Assembly (NCBI RefSeq): GCF_001194135.2
Contig: NC_068983.1
Location: 136,659,606-136,723,605, forward strand
Direction of reading: 5' to 3'
From: Octopus bimaculoides
Lineage: Eukaryota
Length of the DNA stretch: 64,000 nt
Under the pieces are notes generated by a model. The model was not told where the DNA came from. It was given only the letters and a program-made list of their open reading frames with translations, and made no database searches. The position numbers and the translations under genes are program-made. Shown piece by piece: positions 25,351 to 40,090 of the stretch. The stretch's first letter is position 1. Each line of letters starts with the position of its first letter.

Positions 25351-27159
25351 TATATACGTATGCACACACGCATGCGCGCGGATAAACTGCATGTGACAAC
25401 AGAAGAATTAGACCTCGATATCATTAGAAATTGAGGACTAAATTTATTAAATGACTCTAGTAGGAAACATTTACATTCAGGATTCAGAGTTTCCGTGTCA
25501 ACAATTCAATGAAATTTGCACTTCATCAGCTTATGTAAGTTTAATGCATACTTGCAGTATGTTTTATACGGGAGCGAACACCGCGAGTAAAAGCTGTCAT
25601 CGGTGCAAAAGAAATTTTGCCATTAAATTTTTATTGTTCAGGGGGAACAACTCTTCCAGACTTGTTTGTAAGAACTTTGCCAAAAACTACCGTTTTATTT
25701 TTAATTTTAACATTTAAATTCTTACTTTTATTTTTATTCATAATTTTAAAATGTTGCAGTCTATTTATTTATCTATCTACTTATTTACTATTTTTTCTTT
25801 AATCATATAATCCATTATTTCTTATTTTAATACTAATGCTAGGATCTTACATTCAAGTCTCAACTGTGTTAACTTCTTAGTTCCATTTGAGAATCTGATA
25901 CTTCAGCTCTCTATAATACTCTACTTTTAACTTTTTCTTGATTCTGGTATCAAAAATTTTGTCTGTTACAAGACACACTGTCTTATTATCAGTGGCTACC
26001 ATATCTAGCTTCTGCTCTATTCTTTCAGTTTGTAAAATCAAGTCCCATAGCTACTTCACTTTATTGTTTTCAAAGACTTCTGTTCCTGCCCAACAACCAT
26101 AAATCTTTCATGTGCAAGCAAAGCTGAACCTCTTACAAAAATTCTGTCGAATTACTATTACAAAACTTCCAGTGAATTACTGTGTCTATACTTTTTGTTT
26201 TCCTTCTGCACTTATTGCAGGCATTCGAGTACAATTTTTGCTACATTCTGACTTGTATAACTTCACATATTACATATAGGTGAACAGTTGTGCTTATCTT
26301 TTTTTTCTCTTGATTCTGTTCCTACAGCCTGTTCCTATACTACTAAAACCATTCCCTTAGTGTCTTTCTTCAATACCCCTTTCTTCAACTAACATGTGAA
26401 TATCAGACAAGTTATTCCTTTTGTAAACCACAATGGCAGACCACTCTCTGACATGCACTCCTTTAGATTTATCACTGTGATTTCATGGAGACTTGTAAAA
26501 ATCTTTCAGCTAATAACTAGAAAAAGATCTGGGTAAATATAATTTCCTCTTTCCATTTTGAAATATAAGGCTTATATGCCTCATTAAGAAGAAAATAATG
26601 TCAGCATACAGTTTGTTTTAATATTCATAGTTCAAGTTTTTTATTTTATTTTAAATTTTCTTTTCATTTTGTTAAAAATGGAAATAACTCACTGTGTATG
26701 TGTGAATATGGTTACATTACATGTGTAAATGTTTAAGATAAGTTGTTTTTTATACAAATAAAATACTTCAACTATCAACATAGAAGTGCTGTTATATTTA
26801 TTATATTTACATCTACACTACATTTTGATCAGTTGGATCTCCAATCTTTATTCAGTATCTTTTTCCTTGATGTTTACATTTTACCAAACTGGATATCTTC
26901 TAGAAATCATTATTTCTGAATTAAGGTTAATAATGTTCTTGTCTACTCAGTCTTTGACACATTCCAAAGTTGAGAATAATTATCTAAAATTATATAATCA
27001 TATATATTGTTTACCCATGCAAATATACTAAAGTATTCAATATTCAATATGCACTTTTAGGGAAGCTTGTAGAGCCTAGCTTACATATATTTATGCTTTA
27101 GTCTCTAGATCATTACATCATTTCCCTATTTTCTACAAATGTGTATAAAACATAAAAAT

Positions 27160-27412
27160 ATGGTTCTGGCTTCAGTCCCACCGCGTGACAGCTTGGGCAA
27201 GTGTCTTCTACTATAGCCTTGGGCCGACCAAAGCCCTGTGAGTGGATTTGGTAGATGAAAACTGAAAGAAGCCCATTGTATGGAAGGGCATCCAGCTGTA
27301 GAAACTCTGCCAGATCAGATTGGAGCCCAGTGCAGCCTTCTGGCTTGCCAGTCCTCAGTCAAACCGTCCAACCCATGCTAGCATGGAAAGCAGACGTTAA
27401 ATGATGATGATG

Positions 27413-27418
<6 letters not shown>
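27160..27418 (+). mobile_element. tRNA-derived SINE joined to the RTE-type tail
   Basis: ggcttcagtcccaccgcgtgacagcttgggcaagtgtcttctactatagcc...gaaactgaaagaagccc, then the recurrent tail. Confidence 0.75.
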
Positions 27419-27466
<48 letters not shown>

Positions 27467-28835
27467 ATTTGTGTGTCTGTGTTTGTCCCCCCACCATCGC
27501 TTTCACAACAGATGCTGGTGTGTTTATGTTCCTGTAACTTAGTGGTTTGGCAAAGGTTTCCTTTGACCATTATATTCATGTTAAATTGCCATCCACTGCT
27601 CTTTCCTTCTCTTTGTAACACTCACATTTATCAGTCACCCCTATCCTATCTATGTGCCTCCCAATTATAATTTCATCCTTATCCCATCACACCACCTGTG
27701 GAATGAGGAATGATGTTACATTAGGTCTCTCCAATTCAATCCCTCCCTTACCATCATCCCTTCTGTTTTGCTGGCCATTACTCTCTCTCTCTCACCCCAT
27801 TAGTCCCTTCCCTTTTATTTGTTATTCTTGTCCATCACTACCATTCTTTTACCATCATTGATCTCCATTGCTGTGCATCACTTTCTCTCATATTACTCCC
27901 TACTTTATCACTCATTGTTGACATCCATTTCTCTTCCTCTCTCATTTTCAGTGCTCCCTCTTTTGTCACTCTGGCTCACATATCACCCTCTCTTCCACCA
28001 CCATTCCACTTGTGCTAGTTCTATCCAATCTCATATCAAAAATTATTGTGTTGCTGGGTATCACAGAATTGATACATTCTGTAATGACCTATCCAACCCA
28101 TTCCAGCTTGGAAAAACATGATGATAAAATAAATTCTTCTTTATTTCAGTCATGTATTGGTGCTGAGTAGTATTTATTTAATCTTGTCTCATGCTTTAGC
28201 TTTACTTATCCACCTGGTATCAGTTGATGACATATATTCATGATATGCTACTTATACATTTCGACTATATTTCTGTTTTTCTTCATTTTTTTGTAAATTC
28301 ATTGATGTAGTATATTGAAATATAAACATATATTATGTATTTTTTAAACTAATGTTTCAGTACATCTTGTTTCAATATTCATAGTATGTTACCACAATAA
28401 ATGAAAGTTCACCAATGACTTTCTATCCTACTCTATTTTCCTTAGGTTTCAGGCTACTCAGCTCATGAAGATTTATTTTAAACTATCAAAGCATCATTTA
28501 ATACTTGTTTTGTTAATAGAAGTGAAGAAGCAGGTAAAAAAACAATCAAGCCACTTAAGCACTGTTAGTTGGTCGCAAATGATAGAAAATTCAAATATAG
28601 CTACTTGCTTCAGTAGTATCCATATACTTTATCTAATTATCACAAATATATTAGTTATTGAACTCAAAGAAAGTATCTTAAATGTTATGCAGTGGATTGT
28701 AGACTTGGTTTTACTGAAAACATTTTACAACTCATTCTTATGCCAAAGCAGTGTCACAATAGTCTTGATACTATCAAAATCAAGAAAGCCTTACATGACT
28801 TGCAATCTCTTTTGCCATCTAATATATTTTGCTTG

Positions 28836-28891
<56 letters not shown>

Positions 28892-31800
28892 ATAGGTAAT
28901 ATAAAGAATGAATTAATAACACAGTTCATGTTGATGGCAACTTGTGCTCACAACATGCCAAAGTTATAAAGATAAATAAGGAGTAGGATCTCTTTTCACT
29001 AGACTATTATTAAACTCTAGAATTCAAAAAGTATGGCAAATGAAAGAAGTGAAATATAATCATCTCTATAATGGAATTCAAATCAAAATGAAAATTTCAT
29101 TTGACGGTGTCTGAGGGATGACTAAAATAGGTACAGCTATAAAATCCAATGTCATGTAGTAGATACTAAATCAGAGAGTTATAGATTATATATTAACAAC
29201 TCATTACTTTTCACAAAGCACAAATGTTTTGGAGAAGGTGTATTATTAATTTTTATCAACTATAATACTAGACTGGTACTTATTTTATCAACTCTAGAGA
29301 AATGAACAATGAAGTTAGTCTCAGCAGAAACTGAACATATTATGTAAAAGAATGTAACTAAATATCACTAGGCATTTGTTTAGTTCTCTAATAATTTTTC
29401 CATTCACATCCCTGCTGGATTTAAATGATGGAAAAGTTGAGTAGAAAATGTTGAAGTAAGTAGTCCTTGAAAAGATTTAATCTTGACAAAAGATAATTAG
29501 AATAAAATAACAACACATTAGATTACTGGGGAACACACAGTAATCAAAAACTATATATTTTATTAAGTTTTATATTGGATAAGTTTAAAGTTAATCATGG
29601 TATATCAGTATAGTCTTTTAAAATAATAAAAAGGAGATATGCAATAGCATATCTTGTATTTTTAAACTGATTTTATGGTAGTACTAAGAGCATTGGAAGA
29701 CCAACATCATTGAGCTACGGTGCAATTAGCTAAGAGGAATGATGATTTTATATATTCAGCAGTGTACTTTACATGTACAAAGAGCATAAGTAAATTATAA
29801 AATGACTGAGAAAAAAATTTTGAATAATTTCTGTCTAGGATCCTTTTTGCTTTTTTATGTAGAGATTATTTGTAAGAGGAAGTAACTCTTGCTTAGCTGT
29901 CTCAGTCTTGGATTTTGATGAATCTTCAATAACTCTTCATACATATTACAACTTAACAGTTGCATAATGACATGTATTGAAGAGTCATTAAATTGTATAA
30001 AACTAAGTTTTGCTATCAAAATTTTGCTGTGGAAATAATTTTATAAACAATGTATAAAGACTGCAGGTTGGGAGACTATGGAGAAATGAGAAATTATAGT
30101 TCAGCTTGCATCAAAGAATATTTATGTGTAATTGATTTTTGATGCTGTGTATAAGAAGTTACCTAATACTTTCAGATATGAGAGAGAATGTGTGTTTGTG
30201 TGTGTGGATGGGGGCAGAGATTATAATATTTATAGCTTTTAACAGCTGCTTAGATTTAGATATTGGAAAGCTAGATGATAGAAATATGATAAAACAGTAA
30301 CTTGTAGTTCAGTACTGATTGAAGTGATTGATTCTAAATACCAAAGAAGAAGAATGAATTGAGTAGAAATATTTGGCAAGGCATTTGAAATGCATCAGCT
30401 GAGGTAGAGATTTGGAGAGAAAATGAATACAAACTGCAAGTTATACAAACAGTTAAAACATTTTTATTATTAAATACTGTTGCTACATTATCTTTTAAAA
30501 TCATCCTGAAAGACAAGTGAGAAATGCAGTTTATTAAACACTCACATATGGCAGGGTGGTAAGAAGTTTACTTCACAGATATGAGGTCTGGGTTCAGTCC
30601 CATTGCAATGCATCTTGAGATGTCTTTCCCTTAGCTTCATGTTGAGCCAAGCCCTGTGAGTGAAGCTGGGTAGAAAGAAATTATTGGATACATTATACCT
30701 GTAATTAAAATGCCCAGCCTTATCACACCAATTCCATCAGAGAATAACATTAAACGACAAGTGTTTGTGGAATGCTCAGCTTACTTTGCAAAATACTTTA
30801 CACTAATGAGTAAGTCTTTCTATGGATTGAACAACTAGATACTCATAAGTCAAAACTGCCAGGAGTGCCCTTCATATTTCAGAGTGTGTGTGTGTGTGAG
30901 TTTGGCAGAGTACTGTAGCTTGCCAAATCCTGTCAAACAATCCAGTCCATAATAGCATGGAAAATGGGTGTTAAATGATAACGGTGATTATATAAATATA
31001 CATATTTATTACATAAATATTAATTGGCTAACTGTGAATTTGATGACATTAAGTTCAGTTGCAAAAAGTATTAGTGCCATAACCCCTATTTACTATTCCA
31101 CTTTATATTTTCCTTTTATTTGTGTCTCTTGCAGTTTTCAAGAAATAACAGTACTTGTTAGAATTTTGTTTCAGAAATGTTAGGAGTATTTTGAAAATAA
31201 TTTCTATATTACATTCTAAGAATTATAATAGATTTAATCTTCCTCACAAAGATTTTGTGATAAGAAAAATTCATTGTTAGAATTTTCTCAGATCTTCACA
31301 TTAATTTATATAACCATGCACTTATCATCCATTGTTATGTTAACTACGATGTCATTTTGTATATATGTAAATACCAAGACATGTTTAGTGAATTCTCTTT
31401 GAATTAAAGAAAAGTTTATTAGAACTATGCATGGTTTCTAAATGTTAAATAAACCACAATTATATATATTTATATGCACTATATCCACAGAGTTTGAATG
31501 TATGCATGTAAAGTAAATACCACAGTAGCATAAGGATAAGATACTGTTATTGTTTTTTTTTTATTCATCTTTTTATTCTTTTTTTTTCTCTTTTTTTTTT
31601 AAACCACTTTACTCTGAAACAGCACTTTAAAACAACACAATTTTTTCCAACCCCTCCTTTTTTTTATTCTATGATAATATTATTTGAGCTAATTTTAGAA
31701 AACTTCTTGAATGCAATATATGAAATATTTATAAAATTCAACTCATCTGTAAATGTATATTATGTAAATCTAGATATATTTTCTAAAATATTTTCCCCTA

Positions 31801-33094
31801 AATATCCTTAATATTTTCCCATACTTGTTTGAATGTGCTTTGCTTTCAAATGTATTTTTAATTACACAAATAAAGTAATAATGACTATATCACTTTATCA
31901 CAGTATTTATTTTAAGTAAAAGATATTTTATAACTTAAAGAAAATGTTTTCTATATTAAAAATATACTAATAAACTGTTATTTTGTATGTAATGATTTTT
32001 TAAATATTAAAAGAAAATGATTGAAGACTTCACTTTTATTAGATAATAAAGATATATATAAGTGACAGATATAACTTTCAAAATACAGTATGTTTCAACA
32101 GTCAGTAACAAAATGCAAATTCATTGCCAAGTGTATGTAAAATGATATACAAGAATTATTGAAATTAATCAAAGTTGTATTGAATTATCTTTATACAGAA
32201 CAGTATTTCTTAATCTTTTCTGTATTTCCCTGCTTTACCAGTTCACCATTTGTCTGATTTCACTCCCTTTGATAATTACATTTTCTTGCATAATATTAAG
32301 AGCTTTATATTAATTTAATATTAACATTCTTAAAATCAATATTAAAGAAAATAAATCTAGCCATAGCAGTGTGGATAATCATAAAGAATTTTTAAACCTA
32401 AAAACAATTTTTCCACTAGAAACTCCAATTTACATCTAGAGTGCTGTAAATTATTTCCCCAGATTATGAATAGCTGATACAGAGTGATCTAGTTCCTTTC
32501 AAGTAATTACTATTTTTTTAATGTTCATGAAAAAACAATATGATGGAACAGACATTTTGGTGCAAATAATTTTCTATGATATATGATTATACATGAAACA
32601 AATAGATATTTTCTACTATTTCATTTTTTAAATTTTTATTCCACTTTTCCAAATATAAAGTAGTTTAAATGCTACAGGCTTTTACACTCTCCTTCTGTTT
32701 TTTCTATTTACATTCATTAAGAGTGTCCTGTTTCACACATATATATACATACATATATACATACATATANNNNNNNNNNNNNNNNNNNNNNNNNNTGTAT
32801 GTATGTATGTTTGTATGTATGTATATGTGTGTATGTGTATGTGTGTGTGTGTGTGTGTCTATATACAATCCTTAAACTTGGTTAGATTTGAAGAAAAATA
32901 TGTTTAATGTTTTCTTGAACTTTGTACAGAAGAAAACCCTCCAAGCTCAAATCACACAAAAGTATACGTACATATTTGTGTGTGTGTGTGTGTGTACATT
33001 ATATAGTTGAAATTTATAGAAAAACAAAAGATGAAGACAGGTGTATGAGCAGCAAGCAAGTGTATTAGTTTGATGTATGGGTAAAATGAAAAAG

Positions 33095-33400
33095 TCTTTT
33101 ACATTTTGAACCTATGCTCTTCAGTAGCGAATGACAGGTAGAAATGGTGTGAGACTGGGGTGTCATTGCCTAGTCTGATGTCTCAGAGGTGCTCTGCGAA
33201 CCAGTCAGCCAAGCGGCATCCCATTTGACTGATGTACAGAGAAGGACAGAGAGAGCAGGAGATGCAGTAAATGACATTGCTAAAAGTGCAGGTAAAGGAG
33301 TCGGTGATGTGATAGGGACAATGATGGGTGCCTGTGAGGATGGTGGTGTTGGAGAGGTAGGGCAGGTGCGACAGCATGGGTGGGAACAGGTGTATGTGTA
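33095..33400 (-). mobile_element. Penelope-like element: GIY-YIG endonuclease fragment and 3' flank
   Basis: Minus-strand DSFTCTFSNVIYCISCSLCPSLYISQMGCRLADWFAEHL*DIRLGNDTPVSHHF is a decayed VIY..C..C..YIG.T.R.L..RF.EH motif. Confidence 0.85.
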
Positions 33401-34974
33401 TGTATTTATGTATGTGTATATATATATGTTTGTATATAGGTATATGTAGGCATGTGTGTATATGTGTGTGTATAAGTATGTATGTATCATTTTTGTATTT
33501 GGTTTGCATTACAGATATACTTTCAATAGCATCCAGTCCATTTTACATGTAATTTAAGTCATCAGATATGGTTGATGAGAAGAGTATAGCCTGGACACTT
33601 TTGTACTGAAGGTCTGAAAATAGCACATCTGGTTTACAAGGTTCAGAAACATTGTGGAAAAAAGTAAAGAAATCTAGGAATGAAAGACAGCAAAAAGGAA
33701 AAAACATACACATAGACACATGGCTGGCTCTTAGTTCTATCAGTGTTATATCCCTTGGATTGGTCTTTTAAGTCATTGTCCTGCTTGTCAGCATTCAAGT
33801 GGCAACAGTCCTCCCCATTTTTTTGTATATGTAATTGTAAGGGAGAGAGAGAAAGATGGGGAGAGAAGGAGGTTTTTTTTAAGAAAAATAGCATGGGTGT
33901 ATGCAAGCACCGGATGTAGGAGAAAACAACTTTAAATGGTGGGGGTACTTCAAATGGGACAAAAGCCAGGCTTAGTGCTAGGATGGTACAGACCAGTTGG
34001 CCAAAATATATCTTCAATCATGAGGATAAGAGGTAAAAAAACCTCACTTTTAGAGTTCAGGACAGTAAATAGAGCATTTTGAATATTTTACAATGCTGCC
34101 ATTTTTTACAATGTTGAGTAATCTGAACCTGGTATGTTTTCACAGCTGATGTTGCTGGGGGTCTTTCTGATTTAACTATCAATGTTGTTACCTTAGTGAT
34201 AATCATCTTCAAAATTTCGTTCATTTAATTCCAAACATAACAGTTTTATTCCTTATCTACAAGACTACTATATTCTAAATACACTACTATAGTGTATTTC
34301 AGATGGAATGTTTACCGACATATCTTAAATATGCAATTCATATTAAATTTTTCATATAACTCCCAATATATCATCAGCCACAGTTTCTAGAAAATACCAA
34401 TTTTTATTGGATTCTTGTTTCTAAAATTTTTAGTTTTGCAATATTATTTCTACCATGTAATACACATAATAATACATCTATGCCTTAAAAATAAAGTTAA
34501 GTAAATTCGAAATATAATGTATATATGAAGAAATAACTATATATGATTTCTTTAGAATGTCAAAATAATATCTTGTCTTAATATTTAAAATTTCGAATAT
34601 GTATGTATTCAGAGTTAAATACGAATAAATCAATATATTTTACTGCAAAAAGAAAACTAAAGTACAGCTTTTTAAGAAGTGCCACTTTTTATAAATTTTA
34701 TGGATGTTAAAGAGAATATAAAGCTAAACTCATGTGTATGGTGTGTGTATGTTGTGATGGGGGTATGTATACATGTGCATATTTATGCACACACACACAC
34801 ATGTGTATGTAGATGTTTATATAGGTGTATGTGTTTGCAGGTGTATGAGTGAATGTTTACTGACATATTTTTCATGATACATATTGAGCTTGACAGATGT
34901 ATACAATGCAAGATGTTTCTTGGATTTCTTATTAAGTGAAGATGTTGAAAACTATGTTGTAAAATTACTCCTGA

Positions 34975-35232
<258 letters not shown>

Positions 35233-36385
35233 TAGTCATCTAACTAAACAGTCAATGCTTTGTAGTTATAACTTATCTCAGTTTTTAAATCCAACAACAT
35301 AATACAGTTCACCACTAAAAGCAGCTGTGACACTAGGAGCTAACACAGGAAATATTACCTTCATTATACCAAGGTTTTAGTTATTGTTCTTAGTTAACCC
35401 ATGGGTCAGTCCTGATTAAACAACCTAATGATCAAAAGCATTTTAATAATGCTCTTTCCTTATATAGAAAAACAGTGCCAGAACAGATGCAGGTGTCACC
35501 ATTAGCCAGTGAGCTTGTTAAGAAATATATATTAGTGACAGAAGCAGTATTGATACCAAGAGATAATACTTATCTCCAATTAAATGTGGATGTTCTGTTA
35601 GAACAAGCTATACTGCAGTAGATATCATGAGAGAAGCTTTCATATTGGCTTTTGGTACCAAATGTACTCTTGTTTATATTGCTATCAGGAAGATAAATCC
35701 CCATCATCTCCAGCACCAAGACAACAAGATCACATTATTTCAAACTCTCATATTGGCTTTTGATGCAAAATGCACCTGGCACTATTTTTTATATATTGCT
35801 GGCAGGGAGATGAGTCACTTTTATTTCTAGCAGTTCAGTGTCCAGCATTGACAAGACCAAAGAATATTAAAATCATGTGATCTGGTGGAATATTCCCTTC
35901 ATCAGCTGTCTGTTGAGGAATCATTGCAATTTCAGTGCCTTATGACAGGATTGTTCCTGCTCTGTGATATCAGCAAATTTCAGAAAGGGATGCTGGTTGG
36001 TTATGCAGTTGGAACAAAACATAAATCATATGAAAATTATATATATTCAAGTCTTTATGACTTTGACAGTGAACAGGAAAACAATATATACAGAGAGAGA
36101 AAGATATGGAGATGCAATGTCTATTGGTATGAACACATAATGCTCATCATTTTATGTTTGCTTTATCATATTGTTATGAAAAACATAGTGAGTGTGTGAG
36201 AGAGAATGTGTGTGTGTGTGTGTGTGTGTGTGAGAATGTGTGTGTGTGCATAGACACATACCTAGATGGACAGATAGATTAATAAGTAAATATAAATGTT
36301 CTTATATTGTTGATATTCTGGTTACATGTGATAATTCATATGCTAATAATTATATCTAAATTTCTGATATAATTTTCTTCCACAG

Positions 36386-36493
36386 CATGTGGTACAATGT
36401 GTTATTGTTGCTGTCCGCACCATTGGTAATATTATGCTGGTCACATTTCTGTTGCAATTCATGTTTGCAGTCATTGGTGTACAACTATTTAAG
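36386..36493 (+). CDS. Cav1: Cav1 exon: IIIS4-S5 linker and IIIS5 ([36 protein letters not shown])
   Basis: ttttcttccacAG acceptor and GTAAAG donor. 108 nt, phase 0/0. Confidence 0.98.
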
Positions 36494-37101
36494 GTAAAGT
36501 CTCACATTTTCCCTTACATTAACATGAGTGAGCTGTGTCTGTGTGTGCACGTGCGCACATACGTGCATGTGTATATCTACTTCTCTGTCACTCTCTCTCT
36601 CTAATACACACACCTATTATCTACCTTTTGTCTGCTGTTATAGGCAGTTATATGTATACAACTAAGTACACATATAACTATCCTTTCCCTCAGGATTATT
36701 GTACTTGTTTAAGAGGGCTTTATGTGTAAAGGCATTCCATGAGTTTTGGATTTATGGCTTCACTTTGAAACTCTGTAACTCACTTCTGAAATATTGTATG
36801 AACCACTCCTCTAAGTAATAGTTTTATAACATAGGAGGGGGGTGTTAGGGATAAGGTATAGAACAAAGGTAGTGCTGACTGGAAGGATGAGTATATTACT
36901 AGTTTAAGGTAAGCATCTGAAACATTTTCATACATTATCTCTCTCTCTCTCTCTCACTCTCTCTCTCACTCTCTCTCTCTCTCTCTCTCTCNNNNNNNNN
37001 NNNNNNNNNNNNNNNNNNNNNNNNNNNNNNNNNNNNNNNNNNNNNNNNNNNNNNNNNNNNNNNNNNNNNNNNNNNNNNNNNCTCTCTCTCTCTCTCACTC
37101 A

Positions 37102-37144
<43 letters not shown>

Positions 37145-38055
37145 ACTCAAATGAAAGCTATTACATTTCTTACAGACTTAACAACAATCTTTGACTTCTT
37201 ACCGAAGTTACTCATTTTTGACATAAAATCTATAAAATAAGTTTGTGAGCCATGAGGAGAGGTGTGTTCATTTCTTCAATGAATGTGCCTTTCCATAAGA
37301 CAAAAAACCTCAACTCTCCTCACTAAATATTATCTTATTACTATACAAATTTTATTAACTCTGTTTTATCAACATACTGTATTACTAGTTTGGTTTCTTG
37401 TTTTCCTCTCTCATATTTCACATTGATAAAACTGTATCACAAGAGTGATGTTCCTCTCTAGGACCAGAAAATATTTGTGCTTTGATTAGCTATTGATGCT
37501 AAACAAGTTGTAAATGCCTTAAAATTGCAGCACTAAACATTAATCCTCACATGCCTAAAATCCTGACTGACTGGCTTACAAAATATGTGGTTTCAGTTTT
37601 TTTGTCTCTCCTTTCACTGCTGCCCTCTGAAATTTCTTCCTACCCACACTTTACTTGCTATCATTGACAAAAAATTGCTCTCACTAAACTTCAACTTACA
37701 TGGATCTCAACACTCTAGGAGGTCTTCCAAAGATCACAGGGCAGTTCCAGTTCTTCCTATAGCTAACTTATTAAACAAAAATAGGTTAGTATCCTATTCA
37801 CAAAAATATTTGTCCCTCAACTTATTAACACCATGAAATCTTGTGAGACATAATTACTCTACCAATATTTTCATATAACAGTAGTAAACAAAAATAAAAA
37901 TGGTTCATTATTGTAGTTAGGCTTTTATTGTGACAGATGAGAAATAATATTTGTTTCTTTTATTGATGTTGCTGTTGTTGTTTCTGTTATTCTTTTTGTT
38001 ACTACACATGTCTGTGAAAATACTTATGTTCTCTGCATATCTTTTAACATTTTAG

Positions 38056-38108
38056 GGAACATTCCACATGTGTTCAGATTCCTCAAAAAGAACCATGGAA
38101 GAATGCCA
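38056..38108 (+). CDS. Cav1: Cav1 exon: IIIS5-P extracellular turret (GTFHMCSDSSKRTMEEC + CA)
   Basis: ttttAG acceptor and GTAAGT donor. 53 nt, ends in phase 2. C-x-D-x-S-K...EC motif. Confidence 0.95.
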
Positions 38109-39879
38109 GTAAGTTGAATTGTATTTCCTCATCTCTCTTGTTAATGAGATAGGAGAGTTCATGTAGTCATCATATAAGCCTTCTGAAATTGTTATTAATT
38201 TTATTTAGATTTTCTTAAATATTTCATATTTCCATTGGCTCTATTTTTCCCTTTAGCTAAATCTGAAAGAGTATAACCACAACCCACTCATATGAACATA
38301 TATCTCTTATATTTGAGATATACAGAAAACATAAGATTGTTTTTTATGCAAATAACTTAGTCTGGTTTGGTGTTTAAAATTAAGTAATTAGTTGTTGACT
38401 TTTATAAGTTATGTTGTTTATATTGAATCTGAGACATCATGATGGTAATTAAAAATACCAGCTTTGGTTTTATTCTAGTACATATCTCAAAGAGATATAT
38501 ATTTTGTATGTTTAGATATTGAAGGTATTCATTCTCAAGTTTGTATTTTTCTTTTTGTTCCTTTTTATCTTTTCAGTTGATCCAAAATATAAAAAAGAAC
38601 TTCTCCTCCAAGGTCTTGAAAAATAAAATATACTTCATTTTCAACTCATTTATTCTCTATAATAACTAGTAGCTATATTAAGTGCTCACCAATTCTAGTG
38701 AAAAATCTCCCTTCGAATAATCCTTTGCTTTTATTCAAATGACAAATGTCACATTACAAGCTTTTGCACTTTATAAGTTCTCGCTTTTGGAGAATCCTAA
38801 TGAGAAAACTTCTTTTTATTTTTTGGTCAGTCCTCCATTAGTGTTCACCTGCTTTCACTAAATCAGTGATCTTGATAAATATATATATATATAGTCACCT
38901 GTATCCCTTTTAGTTTGTGTTTCCCACTTTTTCTAATTGTCGAGTGTAATTCTTGAATATATTACGTAATTCAAATATTTTATAGGTTATTCCACTCCAC
39001 TTTCTTTCAAACATAAATATTTTTATTTAGTCTAACTTTCAACTTGTTTTATCTGTTTTAAATTTTAGTTCATAAATTTCTTTATAAATTTCAGATACCT
39101 ATTTTTAACCATGGCAGCCTATTAAGAGGCAGTGGATATATAAAGTGATAGTGACTATGAACAGTTTGGCTGGGTGAGGGGCAGAGATCATAGATAAACA
39201 TTCAAATACTAATGGAAAAGTAGATCTCTTAAAATGAGAAATGTCTTGTTTTCAATATGTAGGGTTTGTGGTTATTTTATTGCTGAAATTTATCAAAGGA
39301 GTGAATTATCCTTCAAAGTTTTGTACATTTCGATGAGAGGCAAAATTAGATTCAATATAGTTGTCCCCATCATAAGTTCAAAATTCTTTTTGTCGTTTAA
39401 CTAGCAGACTTATATTGAAAGACGTTCAATTAGTGATTATCCCATGTATTTTTTTTTTCAGATTGTGCATCCTACACCTCATTATACATTTTTTAGATTG
39501 TGGGAGGTAATTCCAAAAAGATTTGGCTGATATTTCTATCAAATTAAGTAACTGCAAAGAGGCTGCCTCATTGGCTTATGAGTTATTGTGATTTCCTGCT
39601 CAGCCAAGAGAACAATCCTGTTCTGATTCCCTTTGTATATATTTTGTTTCAGTTGTATTACTAATGCATTTGGGGAAAAAATGGCATCAACATTTCAATA
39701 TCAATTTCTCCTTCTAAAATCTTCTAAAACGTTGGGACCTTTTACTGAAATTAGTGGGAAACAATTCTTGTAAACCTTCTTTGAGATGCTATTGTAGTGT
39801 CTCAAAGTTAGGCATGTCAACAATATCTGGAAGTGGACAGGTTTTTAAGAAAATAGTTTCACACTTGTAAAATATTCTT

Positions 39880-40090
39880 TTCTACTCTAGACACAAGGCC
39901 AGAAATTTTGGGGGTGGGGGCCAGTCAATTAAATCGACCCCACTATGCAACTGGTACTTAATTTATCAACCATGAAAGGATGACTGGCAAAGTCGACCTC
40001 GGCAGAATTTGAACTCAGAATGTAAAGATAGACGAAATACCGCTAAGCATTTCGCCAGACGTGCTAATGTTTCTGCCAGCTCACTGCCTT
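39880..40090 (-). mobile_element. tRNA-derived SINE, relatively well preserved
   Basis: aaagtcgacctcggcagaatttgaactcagaa...gaaataccgctaagcatttcgcc. A more diverged copy lies at about 41330-41545. Confidence 0.75.

Noticed and set aside
25480-25535. Minus-strand CTGATGA...GAAAC hammerhead-like spacing
   Set aside because: The stem II closing pair is A/G, and stems I and III cannot be formed convincingly.
33189-33449. Plus-strand ORF MLCEPVSQAASHLTDVQ..., considered as a small retrogene
   Set aside because: It is the antisense reading of the Penelope GIY-YIG remnant.
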